DNA of 64,000 nt from Daphnia carinata (taxonomy: Eukaryota), in the NCBI RefSeq assembly GCF_022539665.2, contig NC_081333.1:10416001-10480000 (forward strand), written 5' to 3'. Position numbers and translations under genes: made by a program. Below the pieces are notes generated by a model. That model saw nothing but the letters and a program-made list of their open reading frames with translations, had not been told where the DNA came from and did no database searches. The first letter of the stretch is position 1; each line of letters opens with the position of its first letter. Shown here one piece after another: positions 24,411-38,000 of the stretch.

Positions 24411-27331
24411 ATGTTTTCTTGCAAAATCGTACCATACGATTCAGATAACGTATCTATCGCGGCTGAGAACCATAAGCCTCTAATCCTCGGAAGAGGGCCA
24501 TTAACCAAGATAAAAGATCCAAGGCTTTCTCGAAGTCACAGTAATATTATCTTAAGTATTTCAAGTTTCGTTCAATTATATTTACTCTTTCGAAAATTCC
24601 CAGTTGAAGTTGTAGCAGATTGCGAAAAAGGACTCCTGAAAGTTACTTTTATTGGAGCTAATGCATGTAAAGCAGGAAATTCTATTTTGAAAGCAAAAAA
24701 TGAAACTGTTAAGCTTAAGCATGGAGATGTGATAGAACTGCTAGAAAACCAATACCCTTTCCGAGTGGAATTTAGTCCTGCTATAAACCAGCAAGTCAAA
24801 TCAGACACTAGTTCATCAAGCCCTGAAGAAATGGTGGGGAAGCAAACTAATCTCAACAATTTTCTAACAAAGAGAAAATCTGCATCAGGGGATGATGCAG
24901 TGGATCCCAGCATTGCAAAAAAACAGAAAGTAGAAGATACTTGGGAAGAAGTTGATGGAGGAAAGTTGATCATTTTTACCACTGAGGGTGTGCAGCATAA
25001 ATCAAAAGTATTTCAGTAATTTTATAGTATTATCTAATTCAATTTTTCAGTTATTTGTCATTGCCGATTACCCTAAATATTGCCCAAGATTGCAGCTTTT
25101 GACTTGGATGGAACAATCATTACAACCCAGTCTGGCAAAGTCTTCCCAACAAACTGCCAAGACTGGAAGTTGCTCTTCAGCCAGATTCCTGGCAAACTGA
25201 AACAGTTAGTAGAGGAAGGCTACAAGATTGTATTCATCACCAACCAAGCAGGCTTGAGCAATGGCAAGCTCAAACCTCTAGACTTTCGGCAGAAGTTGTC
25301 CGATATTCGTTTGAAGTTGGGAGTTCCAATCCAAGCTTTCATTTCGTCCGGATCTGGAAGTTACAGGAAACCAGCAATCGGAATGTGGAACCATCTCACG
25401 GAACATGTAAAAATTTCTTAATACCACATGTGTCGTCTGACGTATCTAGCTATTTGTAGGCAAATGGTTCTGTTCCAGTTGACGTAGGATCATCATTTTA
25501 TTGTGGTGATGCAGCTGGGCGCGAGGCCAAATGGGCGCCAGGGAAAAAGAAGGATCATTCGTCTGTCGATCGTCTTTTAGCAACGAACGTTGGTTTGAAG
25601 TTTTACACGCCTGAAGAATTTTTCTTGGGACATCGTTCAGTTCCACATAAGCAGCCTGATTTCGAGCCTAGTAATTTGGACGCGGCAGTTCCTCTTCTGG
25701 AACCATCTGACTCATCTCTATTCCAGGACAAACAAGAGGTAAGTTGCTTTTGCGTTATTATAAAACTAATAATGCAATCGAAAAGGGCATCCTAAGAAAC
25801 TACATTTTACTTTAAGAGAAAACAAATGTTGATGGTGAACCACGACACGGTAAACCTAATCAATAAGGGGTTTTAATAATTTTATTGACAACTCTAGCAG
25901 TAATTGTTTTTTTCCGCTGCGTATGAGAGATAACAATTATCACAATAATTAACGTATGTTTTAAGGTATGAATTTCTTTATAGCGCTGCTAGTCTTATCC
26001 AAGCGTATACTTTTGGATTTTTTGGGGTGTTGAATTTTTGAGGTCTCCGATTTCTTCCCGAGCCCAATGTATAAGTCTTTCTGCGCGGGCCCTTGAAATT
26101 GTTTTCTTCTAGGAATCCGCACTTCTATAAATACGTGTTTTCATTAAATAACACTAAATAGTTAAAGCACCAACGTTTGTTTGGATTTTAGGTCACCAAG
26201 TGCTTTGTAGTACTATTGATATGTAATTAAGCATAGTTGAAATGTAATTTATGATACTTGAATTCAAGCCACCTAAACAAAGATTAACCTTGCATAGCTA
26301 GGCATTGTAATGTTGTATAATTGTACGATAAAAACCAAGAGCGACGTCACTTTTCACTGTACAGATAAAATGAAAAATTTGTCAGCTTACACATTTCATT
26401 TAATTATATGTTTAACTTTAAATTGCTATTGTTTGACGCATTTTAGGCGCTTTGCAAATCAGTTTGGCGTTTTTAAACCACTAGGTAGACTAGCTAAAAA
26501 CAGACTACTCCTATTTCAGGTTATTGTACTTGTTGGATTTCCTGGATCTGGCAAAAGTCATTTTGCCAAGCATCACGCGCTTCAGTCAGGTTATGAAGTA
26601 ATCAACCGTGACACGTTGGGCACCTGGCAGAAGTGTGTAACCGCCTTGGAAAGATCTCTTGACAGCGGAAAAAGTGTGCTCATCGATAATACTAATCCGG
26701 ATCCTGAATCACGCTCCCGTTTTGTTCGACTGGCTTCAGCTAGAGGGCTGCCTTGTCGTTGTTTTGTGATGAATACCAGCGTGACACACGCCTTGCATAA
26801 CAACAAGGTAATTTAAGAAATCATTTGCCCATCACTCTGTTCTTCGATTGATAGCTGAAATATGTCAATAACGATATAATCCTTATCGGCAGCTTCACTG
26901 TTTGTTCTGGTTCACACGCTTAGAAATTGCGTATTAGTAATTCCATAACTAAATGTCCTAAACAAAATTTTACTCGAGACCTTGGGTTAATAACGGCGTC
27001 AATCTTGAGCTACGTGACAGTCTACACGTCAAACATAATTGTTTTTTTTTTTCTGCATCCGCAGTTCCGAGAGCTTACCGATTCAAGTCACGCTCCTGTT
27101 TCTAGAATGATTTTCAACGTGTACAAGTAATTTGTTCGAACGAAATGTTTTCAGTGATATGATACATTATCACAGTATTTAATCTTGTCATTTCCTCTTC
27201 TATCCAGATCAAAGTTTCAAGAACCAAGTTTAGAAGAAGGCTTCAGTCAGATTGTTCGTGTCAACTTTCGACCCGAGTTCCGTTCGGCCGAGGACGAGCG
27301 CCTTTACAAAATGTATCTCCTCGAGGATTGA
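24411..27331 (+). CDS. PNKP: Bifunctional polynucleotide kinase 3'-phosphatase (7 exons)
   Basis: FHA-like N-terminus ([20 protein letters not shown]), HAD phosphatase motifs ([35 protein letters not shown]) and kinase P-loop ([24 protein letters not shown]). Exons: 24411-24540, 24604-25007, 25089-25406, 25460-25738, 26520-26807, 27065-27126, 27208-27331. All introns GT-AG and in frame. Confidence 0.95.
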
Positions 27332-27633
27332 GGGACCCTTTTCTTCGGTAAATTAATTTGCATAAAAAAAAATAATCGAATGGTGACTATTCTATTTGTG
27401 TGTGTTAGAACTTGTAATGTTACATCAAACGCTGATATAAAAAAGGAAATAAGGAATACTCCGCTCAGAAATCTGAATGCTATCGAATCTATCAAAGAAA
27501 ACTGCTTTGCACGTGATTAGCGCATGTAATGATTATTTTCATGGTCGTTTAAAAGGGTCATCTGAAAATTGACCAATATTCACTGTAATAGCAGTAATTT
27601 CCAACGTATTTTAAATGTTTGTTTACAAAGCGT

Positions 27634-27720
27634 TGAGTCATTGACTGAGCAGCAGAAAAACTGCAACCATTTAGAAAGTAGTGTTATTGTTACAATGTGC
27701 TGATCCTGCATGACTCTGCA
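27634..27720 (+). promoter_or_regulatory. AP-1 and antioxidant-response-element (Nrf2/CncC-Maf) motif cluster upstream of the OSGIN-like gene
   Basis: TGAGTCA 27634-27640, TGACTGAGCA 27642-27651 and ATGACTCTGCA 27710-27720 (ARE consensus RTGACnnnGC). A CRE half-site ACGTCA (~27736) and CCAAT (AGCCAATCAG, ~27825) are nearby. Confidence 0.5.
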
Positions 27721-29366
27721 TTTTGTTTCCCTTCTACGTCACGAAACGTGTCGTGAGGGCATGTCGACGAGCCCTAACGATCGAGCAAGCACATGAACGG
27801 CTGGGGGCTGGCGCCACTACAATCAGCCAATCAGGTAGCACCTTGCTCTCGCACGTTGCACCATGTTCGCCTGGGTTTATTTTGAAAACACTTGGCTAAT
27901 ACCCAGTTTATTGTAAATCTAAGTTTGTCTCTCTTGAACTTTGTTGCACTAAAATACCCCGAAATCTTTCATATTTATTTGACGACGTAGCTTGCGTACT
28001 CCCTTGCCACGAAATTGCATCGCTTGAGACGGCGCCAGATGATCGGCCATGAGTGGATGAGCCATTCGTTTGAGTTTAAAATGTACTCGGCAGATGTCTC
28101 TTGATCAAGATAGTTAGACGTGTGCCACTCACAGCGCATGGCAAGTTTCCTTCTGACGTGGACTAGACCTTTTCAGAAACTTTAAAGAGATCCCTTTTAG
28201 GGAGTGTGCTCGTCGGTTCTTAGAGGGAATGTTGGCATCAGTCGCCAAGGGCAATTCAGTACACAAGCACTACAGTGCTCGTGTTAGTTGCTACGTTACC
28301 ACATTCAGTCGTGAACGTATACTTTATTCAAGATCACTATCTTAGCAGAGGAGGAGTCGAGCTGTCCCGCCTTCATGATCCCCCTGTCTCCACACCCCTC
28401 AGTCTCCACATGTTCTTTCCTCTCGTAGAACCATTCACCGGCTTCAACACAGACACACACGGTGTGGCACTGTTCCTTGCTTAAAACTGTAAAAATTTTC
28501 GAAAGTATTCATTAGTTACCCATCAACTCGGGAAAACAGTACATCGTCACTAAACTATACCACAGGATATACTTCTAACAAAGGTAAATGATGGTCCAGC
28601 TTATTTCTTCTATTTTTTTTTCTCACTCTAAAACCTGAAAAAGACTAGGACTGTCCATAGCTGAACCGTGAAACACTTATGTAAGGCATTTTCACACTAT
28701 CGATCCTGAATGACATATACGTCACATCCCGTCAGTTGCCCGAAACAAGCCAATGAATTTGAACTGAAATAAAGCACTTAGACAGTTATTCAAGCGAAAA
28801 AAGTTATGTTATCATCTCCGTGTTCTAGAAAATTCATGTCATATGAGCTTGTTTGTACACAACTGACGGTGATTATTTCCATTCGTCTGCAAAATGATTT
28901 GTAAATAACTCAATTATACTACTGGAATACCTTTTCGTATGTGTACTTGTCCTTGGAAAATGGGCTGTGAAAGAAAGTAAACAAATAACATATTTGTTCT
29001 TGGCTGATTTACGATACCCCAGAATGTTAATTTCGTTTTGCAAGATGTTGTTTTAACTTCCAATTTTTACTAAACCTCTACTACTGCTAAATCAGGTACA
29101 CTTCCTAATTGTTTGGCTCATTATTACAATAATCTTCTTTGTCACTAAGGCCTTTTGCGGGTAATAACCCCCACAAATGTCGCCTCATGCGAAGGTCCTT
29201 TTGTGTTTTTGAAAGGGATATGCCAAGCGTAGGCTACACAATTGCGACGCACAGAAGCTCGTGGCTAAATAACGCTACCTTTAATGCTGCACTAATTAGC
29301 CTAGCTTTCATTTTGCAAACCACAAATGCATTTTTAATGATTTTTGTCCCACCTAGCAACAGGACC

Positions 29367-31769
29367 ATGCGCACGAAAACCATTCGATGTCCATCAACGG
29401 GTACAAGGCGTACGCGTCAGGCAGTTGTTGACAGTCGATCGCTTGCCATCGAGACATCAGCCAAAACCATAACAAAAGACGTTGTCGTTATCGGTAATCT
29501 ATTTGCTATCCTTGTTTAAACGTTTACCGATATTTCTCAGAACAGAACGATACAAATAATAACTGAGAAAACTCATTTCTAGGTAATGGACCTTCTGCTA
29601 TCACCCTCTCTTATCTCTTGTCCGGCCATTGGCCTTATTATAAGGGTATGGATGAGTTGGGACATCCGCCAGACTTTCTTAACGCTAGACTGGAATCTAA
29701 ACCTAATTGTTCCTTGGTTCTTCAGGATCTGAAGGAATTGTCTGAGGTTAGAGAAGTTTGTGCATCTTGGTTTCAAAATAAAATATTGTGTAACGTTGTG
29801 TTTGAAACCTTAGGGGCTAGAAGGGAGGTCGAGCAATCCCGTTGCTCTTCTGTACGACACGTTGAATCATCCTGATGCTGACACGGGTCAAGATCTGCCA
29901 TCCCTTCTTGCGTGGAAAAATCATCCCGAACACGCCATTGATCACGTGGTTCTTGGCAGAGGTCCCCCCGGGGGATCGTGGCAGGTGCGGTTATCGGTTG
30001 ATCTCACTTCTTTTCTAGAACTTTACAATAGCTTAGCAACACTATTTCATTTTGAACCCTTACACGCCTGTTCCAACTAGAAAGTTCAATTCAGTTTGGG
30101 TTTGGACGATGTATTCAATTGCCCTTCGAAAGGTAAATTTTGTTTTAAAATCTGTATACGTAGCAACTGCCATTTAAAGGCGAATGTAAGTATTACTCGT
30201 TTTATCCGTACGAAGTTATGCATTGGCTTAAGGATAAGAATGTTGGAATGAGATTAGTTATGCAAGAAGAAATTATCAGTAGTGCAGGAAATATAAAAGA
30301 ACTCTTTAATTTCCACCTTGGTTTGAGTTCACAAGGATATCCCTATATATCCGTAGAATCAACCTTCTACCTGTTTCTTCTACACTATAGAAACGAAACC
30401 ATAGTTTGCCACAGGCATTTGCGTCAAGGCCGCGCTCTGAAAAACCTTATTTGCTTTTGTTTAAACGTTTCTCTTTTTCTTGCAGGCAATGGAGGGAGAC
30501 GTTTTGACCATAAGCCGGGGTACTTGGATGGAACTGGCAAATTTGAGTTTCCGGGAATGGGAGGAAACTGCTTGTGAACGGCAACTTGGAATTCGACAGA
30601 AACGAGCTTCAGTTAAGCACGTCGCTCAGTATTACCATGATTACGTCAACATCAAAGGGTTGCGACCGTATTTCCGCGATTCAGCGGAAGTGACATCAGT
30701 TCGGCGACTAGATCAAGTAAAAAATAATCCAGACGAAAGTTACGGTCCCAGACTTTGGCAAGTAACGGGCCACGTTCGAACGGCCGAAGGATTAGAAAAT
30801 TTTCAGTACGTGACACCCAATGTGGTACGTTCCTAATATAAACCTTTCAAATTAAAGCATTACAAGACATAATTACTAGTTCATTCATGTGAAAATTTAA
30901 AACAATCTTCTTATTGGTCATTAATATGCCAGGTTCTAGCTATCGGTGGTACTGACCGACCCAACACTATGAACGTGGCCGGAGAAAATCTACCTTTTGT
31001 TATTAAATCTTTACAAGCGATGGAACAACTTATTTCCAGCCAACAATTGAACAAACAAAGCGAACCTGTTCTAATCGTGGGTGCTGGCTTATCTGCTGCA
31101 GATGCTATTATTGCCGCCCATTTTCATGGAATTCCCATTATACACGTCTTCCGACGCAAGGCTACAGATCCTAGCCTAATTTTTGGGCAGCTACCTTCGA
31201 ATATGTACCCAGAATACCACAAGGTACTTCACTATCAGTACGATTTAAAAAAAAGGAGTTTCAAAGAATTCACCGTTGCTACTTGTTATGACCAGGTTTA
31301 TCAAATGATGAAAGACAACGGTATGACATACACCGGATACACCCCGATGGAACAGTGCCAAATTGTGCGTATTCAAAGTGATGGCAAAGTCTGCCTGCAA
31401 GGACCCGACTATTCTACTAAAATCAAAGTATCCTTCGTCGTGGTATTAATAGGCTCACGACCCAGTTTAAACTTTCTGGAAAATAAAGGACGTGATTTAA
31501 CCGTGGACGTGACGAAACCCATCTCGTGTCGCAACAATCCGCTTGATGTAGATCTATTCACTCTCGAGTCGACTAAGCAACCTGGTATCTACGCTATGGG
31601 TCCTCTGGTCTCAGACAATTTTGTTCGCTTCGCTCAAGGAGGCGCCTTGGCTATCACTAGAGATATTCATACAAAATTATCCCGTTTGAAGGCCAAGGAA
31701 GAAATTCGAAAGTCGACCATCCCAAATGTCACCCCAGATTCCGTGTGCTACCTTGATTGTCCAACGTGA
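29367..31769 (+). CDS. OSGIN: Oxidative stress-induced growth inhibitor (OSGIN1/2-like) flavin-dependent oxidoreductase (6 coding exons)
   Basis: KDVVVIG|NGPSAITLSYLLSG, GLEGRSSNPVALLYDTLNHPDAD, VVLGRGPPGGSWQ, VLIVGAGLSAADA, MYPEYHKV, YAMGPLVSDNFVRFAQGGALA. Exons: 29367-29493, 29583-29746, 29814-29984, 30486-30824, 30933-31223, 31296-31769. A probable 5'UTR exon ends at the donor ~28583. Confidence 0.92.
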
Positions 31770-32508
31770 CAATAGCCGTCCATAGCTCTTTTACCTGGGA
31801 AGTGAAAACCGTACCTGGTGCTTAGGCACCGGAAAAGATAACGCAATAATTTCCCTGGTTGTATCAACAGTCGTCGTTACGATCTGTGATTATCAGATAG
31901 TTTATTTTTTATTTTTTAAAGTTAAGCTTAAAATGTCATCCAATTGTATCTTCATTTCAACGAGTGCTCTACTAGTCTTCGTTGCGCCTTCTCTCGACCT
32001 AAAACTCGTTTTCTACTACTCCCATTTTTTAAAACAATTGTTGAATAATGCAACTTCTATTGTTAATTTCTTTGAAGAAATTTTCGAAATTGGAGCTTGC
32101 GTCTTTATGGCATCGTTCTGGTGCTCTCCTGCGTGTGCTAACTGAAAACATTTTTCAAAGAACTTTGATTGTTTCCAGAACAACACTTTAGGAATACCTA
32201 ACAAGAGCGGTTTTAACGTTCAGTACTTTCTTATTTTGTGGCATATCAAACCATAGAATGAATAATAAAATGTTAAGCCCCTAGTTGATGAGCGGGGTAG
32301 CTGTACGAACTGTATGAATTATATGATTCATAACTGTCCACGTATACGTTATGCAAAGAAGTTATAGTACTTCAATGGAAACAAGGAATTCAAGCATTTT
32401 ACCAATATCAACTTATAAACATATATGCATTTAACACAAGTACATTTCCAGCAGTTCAATACATATTTGGAAAACAAACGATGAACTCAACTTAAATATA
32501 CTATTTAC

Positions 32509-33812
32509 TCAAGATTTAACGGCGATTAAAATAATGATTAGAACGATAATGGCTGAAACTAGAGCGACGATGCATACCATCTTCCGGTTTTTCTTTTGGT
32601 AATTATCGGCCTTTTGTAAATGAACCAATCCATCGTGAACTTTTGCCTGTGTGTGTTCAATATTATAGTCTATCCTATCCAGGACAGTGCCTTGATCGGC
32701 CACCATGTGAGAGATTTCCTTTAGGGTTCAAATAATGAGAAATTTTGTAAAGAATTAAAATGCATGGAAAAAAACATATGATCAAGACAAAATTACTTTG
32801 AATATAGAGTTCAGTTCATATATCGATCGAACAACATTCTGGATTTCCTTTTCGCGCTGTTCAACGAAAGACGAGTTTTCTTCGTTTAAGAGCAATTGTT
32901 GCTGGCTCATAACCCTTGGAGTCTCAGTCTGACTGGTGGTGGTCCAATCGTCGTAATTCCAATCCTTAGATGCTCCTCCAAAGAACTGTTGAGAGCGTTC
33001 CTCACGTGACTTTATCTCTATTGAAATCACAAAAAGCAACAGCTGTTAATCAGCAAGGTTCAATCTACATCGATTTCTTCAGACAACAACAAGAAAGAAC
33101 GAATTCGAAATTACGCTTTAAGAGTATCTACTACAAGAGTTAAGATGACACGGGTGTGGAGAGGGTATAATTATTACTGTTCAGGTATGTATTCTGGTCA
33201 CTTCTGAACGTGTTTGAAAGGTTTTGTAGTGTAGTCACTAGAGATGTTACCACATTTTTTGCAAGATTGGTTTCAGCCTGCCCAAGACTGGGGCTAGTAT
33301 TGTTGTACTGAATCCGTTTTATACAATTATGGCAAGTGGTGAACATCTATAAAAATGATGCAAGTAAATAAATAACATGAATGAAGTACAAAAGATATGT
33401 AATATTTAGAAAAATTTTAGGCTTTACTTTGGTTATATCCTGGGTAAGGGCATCAATTTGTTTTTCTTCATTCATGGAGTCATCAAAAGTTGGTTTCAAG
33501 AGATGTTTGTTTTGAAGAGAACTCAGTTCTTTCAAGCGTGTTTGAATTTTTGTCAAGGTATATTGAGCTTCTTCTAGGCTGTCTGTCCAATCAGGGGGCA
33601 TTCGCACATGAGTGGTATGACTCTTCCCCCGTGCATCTAGTTCCTGCTGCACTAAAGCATCTGTATCTGAAATCTGCAAATGATCTGTATTTAAAGGTAA
33701 TGCACGGGAAAATGTGTGATCTGTCACCGACTTGTTCAGAATAAAAGTTGCGACTTTGGATAGCGTTGTTACGCATTAGGATGAAAATTTCTGTAAGAGT
33801 TCTTGTTGCCAT
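32509..33812 (-). CDS. STX16: Syntaxin-16 (5 exons)
   Basis: N-peptide MATRTLTEIFILMRNNA, PPDWTDSLEE, SNARE motif EQREKEIQNVVRSIYELNSIFKEISHMVADQGTVLDRIDYNIE and a C-terminal TM helix. Exons: 33812-33732, 33673-33428, 33346-33178, 33017-32797, 32718-32509. Confidence 0.95.
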
Positions 33813-34253
33813 TTTTTTTTAGTGGAATTCTATGTCACGATTGAAGTAGAATTTAGCACAGAAGCGAGATACCTTTTAGACTCGTAAGAGAAAAGCCGCT
33901 TTAAGAATGAAGTTGCACGCACCATTCAAGGCATTGAGTTTGGTAGCAAATCAGGCAGTGAACACTGTAATTAAAATGCTTGATTTCGATCTGAACAGGA
34001 GAATCGACGGATCAGTTTCAGACAGCTGATTTTGACACATTTCAATAGGCGGCTCGGCTGTGTTGGCACGAGAAAAGGTAAAAAGAATACTGATCCCCTG
34101 CATGGCCGCTAGATCGCGCGAGATTTTAAATTTTTAAACTTCGTCAACATTTCACTAAAAGTACGGACACTCAACGGCTCCCGGTGTTAGCGAAGTTCCC
34201 GATTATGGCAATCCGTTTTACCCCCCCCCCCCCCAAAAAAAAAAAAAAATCGG

Positions 34254-35007
34254 CACCCAATATTTGACGCAAGGCCGGTACACTACAGCGCTAGCGCGAT
34301 GCAGCAGAAATATTCAGTGTAATTCCAAAATGGTTGACTTAATGAAAAAAATAACAATTTTATCGGAATCAGCATTCAATTTTAAGCATATCCTGTGATA
34401 CCCAACCAATTCCGGTGAGTGCCGGTTTTTGCAGAAAAAAATTTTAAGCCCGACTAAATAAGCCCGGCTTTTCTTATTCTTTCGTTTTTTACATTTAATT
34501 AAAAAATCATAAGACCCATGGGAAAATAAATTTGATTTTCGTGATAAGCATTCAATTCTGAATTAAAATCATGTATTTTTAGCGAAATTCAAAATTTAGC
34601 CAAAAATGAAATAGTGCAAAGGCTATAGCCTTACCACTTTTATCAAAATTCGGCAGAAATGAAATCTCTTGGAATTTGATAAAAATCACACAGTATAATC
34701 AAAATTTTAACGCTGATTCATAAAACGCCACTCATTTTCTTGTCAAGTTAGTCGTTTTTGAATTACAGCGAATATTCGTGCAAAAATAAGACAAGTCGGG
34801 CTTATTTTGTCGGGCTTAAAATTTTTTTTTACAAAAACCGGCACTCATCGGAATTAGTTGAATATCACAGGATATACTCAAAATTGAATGCTGATTCCGA
34901 TAAAATTGCTATTTTTATCGTTAAGTTAAGCGTTTTTGAAATACACCGAATATTTGACGCAATGTTAGCGCGCCAGTACGCTACAGCGCTAGCGCGATGC
35001 AGTAGAA
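34254..35007. repeat. Palindrome-rich interspersed repeat (MITE/Helitron-like), same family as 61562-62987
   Basis: Direct repeats CACC(C/G)AATATTTGACGCAA...CTACAGCGCTAGCGCGATGCAG at ~34254 and ~34943. ~130 bp imperfect inverted repeats at ~34355-34480 and ~34783-34910. Central palindrome AAGGCTATAGCCTT at 34619-34632. Confidence 0.7.
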
Positions 35008-38000
35008 GCAAGTAGTAGTATACTAGGAGTTTTCCTACAGAACACCAATGGCGATATCATCGAATTGTTGACCTGCAATTTGATAGTAATTACTTGCATA
35101 TTCTCTGAAACAACAAATGAACAACGCAAGCGCCGCATCCCTGCTGTCATTTCTTCTTGCGCAGCCGTCGTACCGGATTCGATTCGATATTTCAATTTGT
35201 GATTCCGTTTCATTTCTTGATTTACCGTGCAGTTGCTACCGAAGAAAGACACGCCATGACTACTCCAGAAAATGTAACAATAATAACGCCTCCAAGAAAG
35301 GGTAAGGTTTTAAACTGACACCACATATTTCACACCCATGAAGCACACCTCTTAAGTTTTATAAAAAGCCCGAAACGCATGCCTAGTAAAGCAGTCGAGG
35401 TCAGTCTATATCTTCTACACAATCACATTGCGCATTGCCGGTGTTCGAATTACATGCGATTGCACATCACGCAATATCTACTAAATACACTGTCATAGTA
35501 TTTATCGGTCTTAGGATTGATAGTCAGAAATGTTGGTCCTGAGCTCAGTTTCACGTGGCAGGAAAAACGAAGAATGTGCGCACTATTTCGTATGGGTTCA
35601 AATTAAAAAAATCCGCCCAAAAACATCGAAAACTATACCTGACATTGTCCAATGGCGTAAGTCAGAACAGTAAGTCTAACCCGCATGAATTAAACCGAAT
35701 CAAACTATACATTTTAATCATAACGGTAGTAGTCTATGTGTGCAATTTTGAACTGACCCCAAAAATGTATTATATTAGCTATTGTTTGTTTTCAAATAAT
35801 CAGAAGTATCTTCTCATCGGGGTGATTTGAACGTAATCGCCATAGAAAACGCCTATGCTACTTGCCACAACGTTCAAGATTTATTGCATTTACGAGGATT
35901 TACTTCAAAGCCAGCATACGTGAAGAACAAACGAGGGAAAACTAAAAAGAGAAAACTGCAAAAGGACAAAAGCTGAACCCTCTGTTGGTAAACGAAAAAC
36001 CAGTATGACGACAGAAGCTTCTTTTGTTCTATGAATTTGGCTAAGATTTAAATGGAAGGCTGAAATCGTTGTATTAGGCCTACCACTGTTTTACAAAAAT
36101 TCACGCTGTGATGCATGATGTATAAGAGAAACTATCTTTTTTTATGTAACTTTTTTTGACATTTCCTTCGCATCCGGGAGAAGGAAAAGAAAAAAACTTA
36201 TCTATAGATTTATTTTCGACCATTGATTTTAATGTGCAAGAAATTAAAACTATCAATCTTTCTTGAAGAATTTATCTGACGCGTCTTCTTTTTGAGTGTC
36301 ATTTCCTTTACCATTTGTTTATTATTGCTGTTTATTAGGCTGTGGTTAAGCTCCGCTGAATAAAATTTCTTTTCTGTGGGAAGGCTTTTTGTCCATTTTC
36401 CACACTGAATGGATTAAGACGTTGATGCATGGAAATAGTTCAATTGACTTCGCTTCAGTAGTTTTTATAATAACATTTCAAACAGCAGAATATGTATGGA
36501 AGTAATTTACCATTATCCATCGGCTACTAGCGAAAATTGCAAAGAGTCGGTGGAAGAACTTCCTTTAGAAACTGCAATTTAAAAAAAATGATGATCAATC
36601 TTTTTCCTGTTTAACCGGAAGAACCTGATGAAATCATCTTGGAGGGGGGGGGGGATTGGTTTTTAAACTTGTGATACATTACGGTGGTTAGTTGCTTATT
36701 TTTTTAAACATAATTTTAAGTGATTTTCTTCGATAGAGCCTTAATATGTTTCAAATATAATTTGCTTGTTGTTTGCCCCTGAAAAAAATAAATATATTGG
36801 AATTTTTTTTACCACTTATTGCGAAAGTGTCTCATAAGGCTGTTTTGCTTCAGCAATCGAGCTTTTAAAACCAACTTTTGTAACGCAAGAATTGGCTTCA
36901 TCATTCAAAAACCTGTTTCCGGTAACGCAGCAAATTTTTAGAAAGCTGCGTCTAATCTTTCATGTTGTAAGTCCACAAATTCTTCATATAGATATTGACC
37001 GTCGGCTCGCCTTGGAAGGTGTGTGTCATTCGAACTTGCTTGCCAATCCTAGTACAAAGTTTACGTGCAAGTATCGACTGTCACTGTCAATACAATCGTG
37101 TACTGGAAAGGTTTTTGGGGTGAGTAGAAACTTGAACTGCATAACCTTATTGTACCCTAGACACCGAGCTAGCATGTCAAACGTACTCTACTCCATCAAT
37201 AGGACACATACGTGCACCACTGCAATCCCGAACAAGGCCATCGTTTTTTTTATGTTCTAACATTACATATCGTGCGTATTTTTGTGATGTTACGTTATAT
37301 TGAAACGTCACAACTACAAATACTGTGAGACAATCGAATCAAGCTATTATTTCGTAAGATAGAAGTTTATATATTTAACTGAGCACTTCGAATTTAAGGA
37401 AATTACACCTTACAACGAGTAGTCTAACTATCTAGTCTACTTGGTTACAGTGAAGTGATTGAACTTTGCTTTTGCGTGCAGGACTTCGATGTCATTTGCA
37501 AAGTTTAGTGAACATATGTACACGAAACATGCAAGCTGAATAAAAGTTTCCTTGTTTCTTGTTATTATTATTGACCGAAACCTGCAAAGACTAGATCGAA
37601 TGACAAAGCATTTTAAATGAGTCATTCACGCGACAGATAACGCCGAGAACGCTATTCATTGTCACACTGATAAACAGGCCTTATCATATTGTAACTGTCG
37701 GCTCACTGTGAGTTGGTTTTCATCGGCTGTCATTGATTCCCCAATCGAGCTGCAATTGAACATTTTCATAAAATCCTTACTGCATAATGATGAGCTACAT
37801 CTTCCCCTTTTTTATGTTACCTGTTCTACAGAGTATACCAATGAGGAAATCGCACCTGTCTTGCTTTATCATCGTCAGTACGGTATCTAGTTTCGTGTAG
37901 TTGTATATATAGTAGCACCTGCAGTGCGTATCGCCATAAAAATCTACAAAAAACAACAAAAGTTAGGCTACTGTCAATTGTGTCCGTGTACCACATTCAA

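Noticed and set aside
34989..35305. Possible small spliced gene or gene fragment on the minus strand (ATG ~35256, donor GTAAAT, GQQFDDIAIGVL*)
   Set aside because: I could not build a consistent reading frame or recognise a family, and it abuts a repeat.
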